Below are positions 9,369 to 10,169 of a stretch of DNA of 10,169 nucleotides, piece after piece. Numbering within the stretch: position 1 is the first letter of the stretch; each line of letters opens with the position of its first letter. Made by a program: the position numbers and the translations under genes. This DNA is from Octopus sinensis (Eukaryota). The notes under the pieces are model-generated. The model did no database searches. It had not been told where the DNA came from and worked only from the letters and a program-made list of their open reading frames with translations. Location of the stretch: contig NW_021827607.1 in NCBI RefSeq assembly GCF_006345805.1, positions 1 to 10,169 of the forward strand, given 5' to 3'.

Positions 9369-9689
9369 ATGTACATTAGCAAAATTCGCACACACGCGTG
9401 TACAGTGCACACATCTATGTAGCACAAAACAAAAAAAAACAGTAACACGTTGTCACGTAGTGATTCCTGTGCAACGTATCACTAATAATATTCAATAGAG
9501 CTATATACAATAGTAAAGACATAGCGGTAAGTTTGTGTATGATGTGTGAGTGCAAAGATACAAATATCTTGGTCGATTCATTTCCCATTCATAATTGAGA
9601 TCAGAAGATTAGAAAATTAGATTTACAAGAAAGACGAAACATGTCAGGTAAAAAAAAAGAATTAATGGAAATTTTTATTACTTAACCTC

Positions 9690-9788
9690 ATATACATACA
9701 TACATGCATGCATACATACATACATACATACATACATACATACTACATACATACATAACATAACTACATCTACATATATTATACATAG

Positions 9789-9867
<79 letters not shown>

Positions 9868-10128
9868 GCATATGTACATTATACATAAGGTTATATGAAT
9901 ATATATATATATATATATTATATATATAATATATATATAAATTATGGTTGAATGTAGAATACATGTATGTATGCCTGTATGTATGTATATGAGGGGTATA
10001 ACTACTCTATATGTATAATATTTTATCCTTATGTATCTATATCTGGATATATGTATGTACATATATTATATGTATACACATACATATGTATATGTTATAT
10101 AATGTACGTATATTTAAGCACGACGTAC

Positions 10129-10159
<31 letters not shown>

Positions 10160-10169
10160 CATATATATA
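9690..10169. repeat. Compound (TACA)n/(TA)n microsatellite and low-complexity region
   Basis: Directly seen; continues to the window end. Confidence 0.95.

Noticed and set aside
9688-10062. ORFs of 124 aa and 61 aa
   Set aside because: Pure TA/TACA microsatellite translations.

Overview
AT-rich, microsatellite-laden eukaryotic non-coding DNA (intergenic or intronic). The SINE-like repeats resemble, from recall only, those of Octopus/coleoid cephalopods. No intact host gene is supported, and the supplied ORFs are mostly microsatellite or repeat read-throughs. The window is a stack of transposon fossils: (1) a decayed Penelope-like GIY-YIG endonuclease on the minus strand (~150-720), missed by the ORF track and split by a 122-bp insertion with a 9-bp target-site duplication; (2) a ~320-bp inverted repeat pair (818-1140 / 4380-4696) enclosing a ~420-bp foldback palindrome, a direct repeat pair and a SINE fragment; (3) a Tc1/mariner-type MITE with 153-bp arms; (4) a SINE apparently split in two by ~2.07 kb; (5) an internally deleted mariner with 30-bp TIRs and the YSPDxAPSD transposase C-terminus. 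I see no convincing new biological system. The most notable properties are the nesting chronology and the density of inverted repeats.
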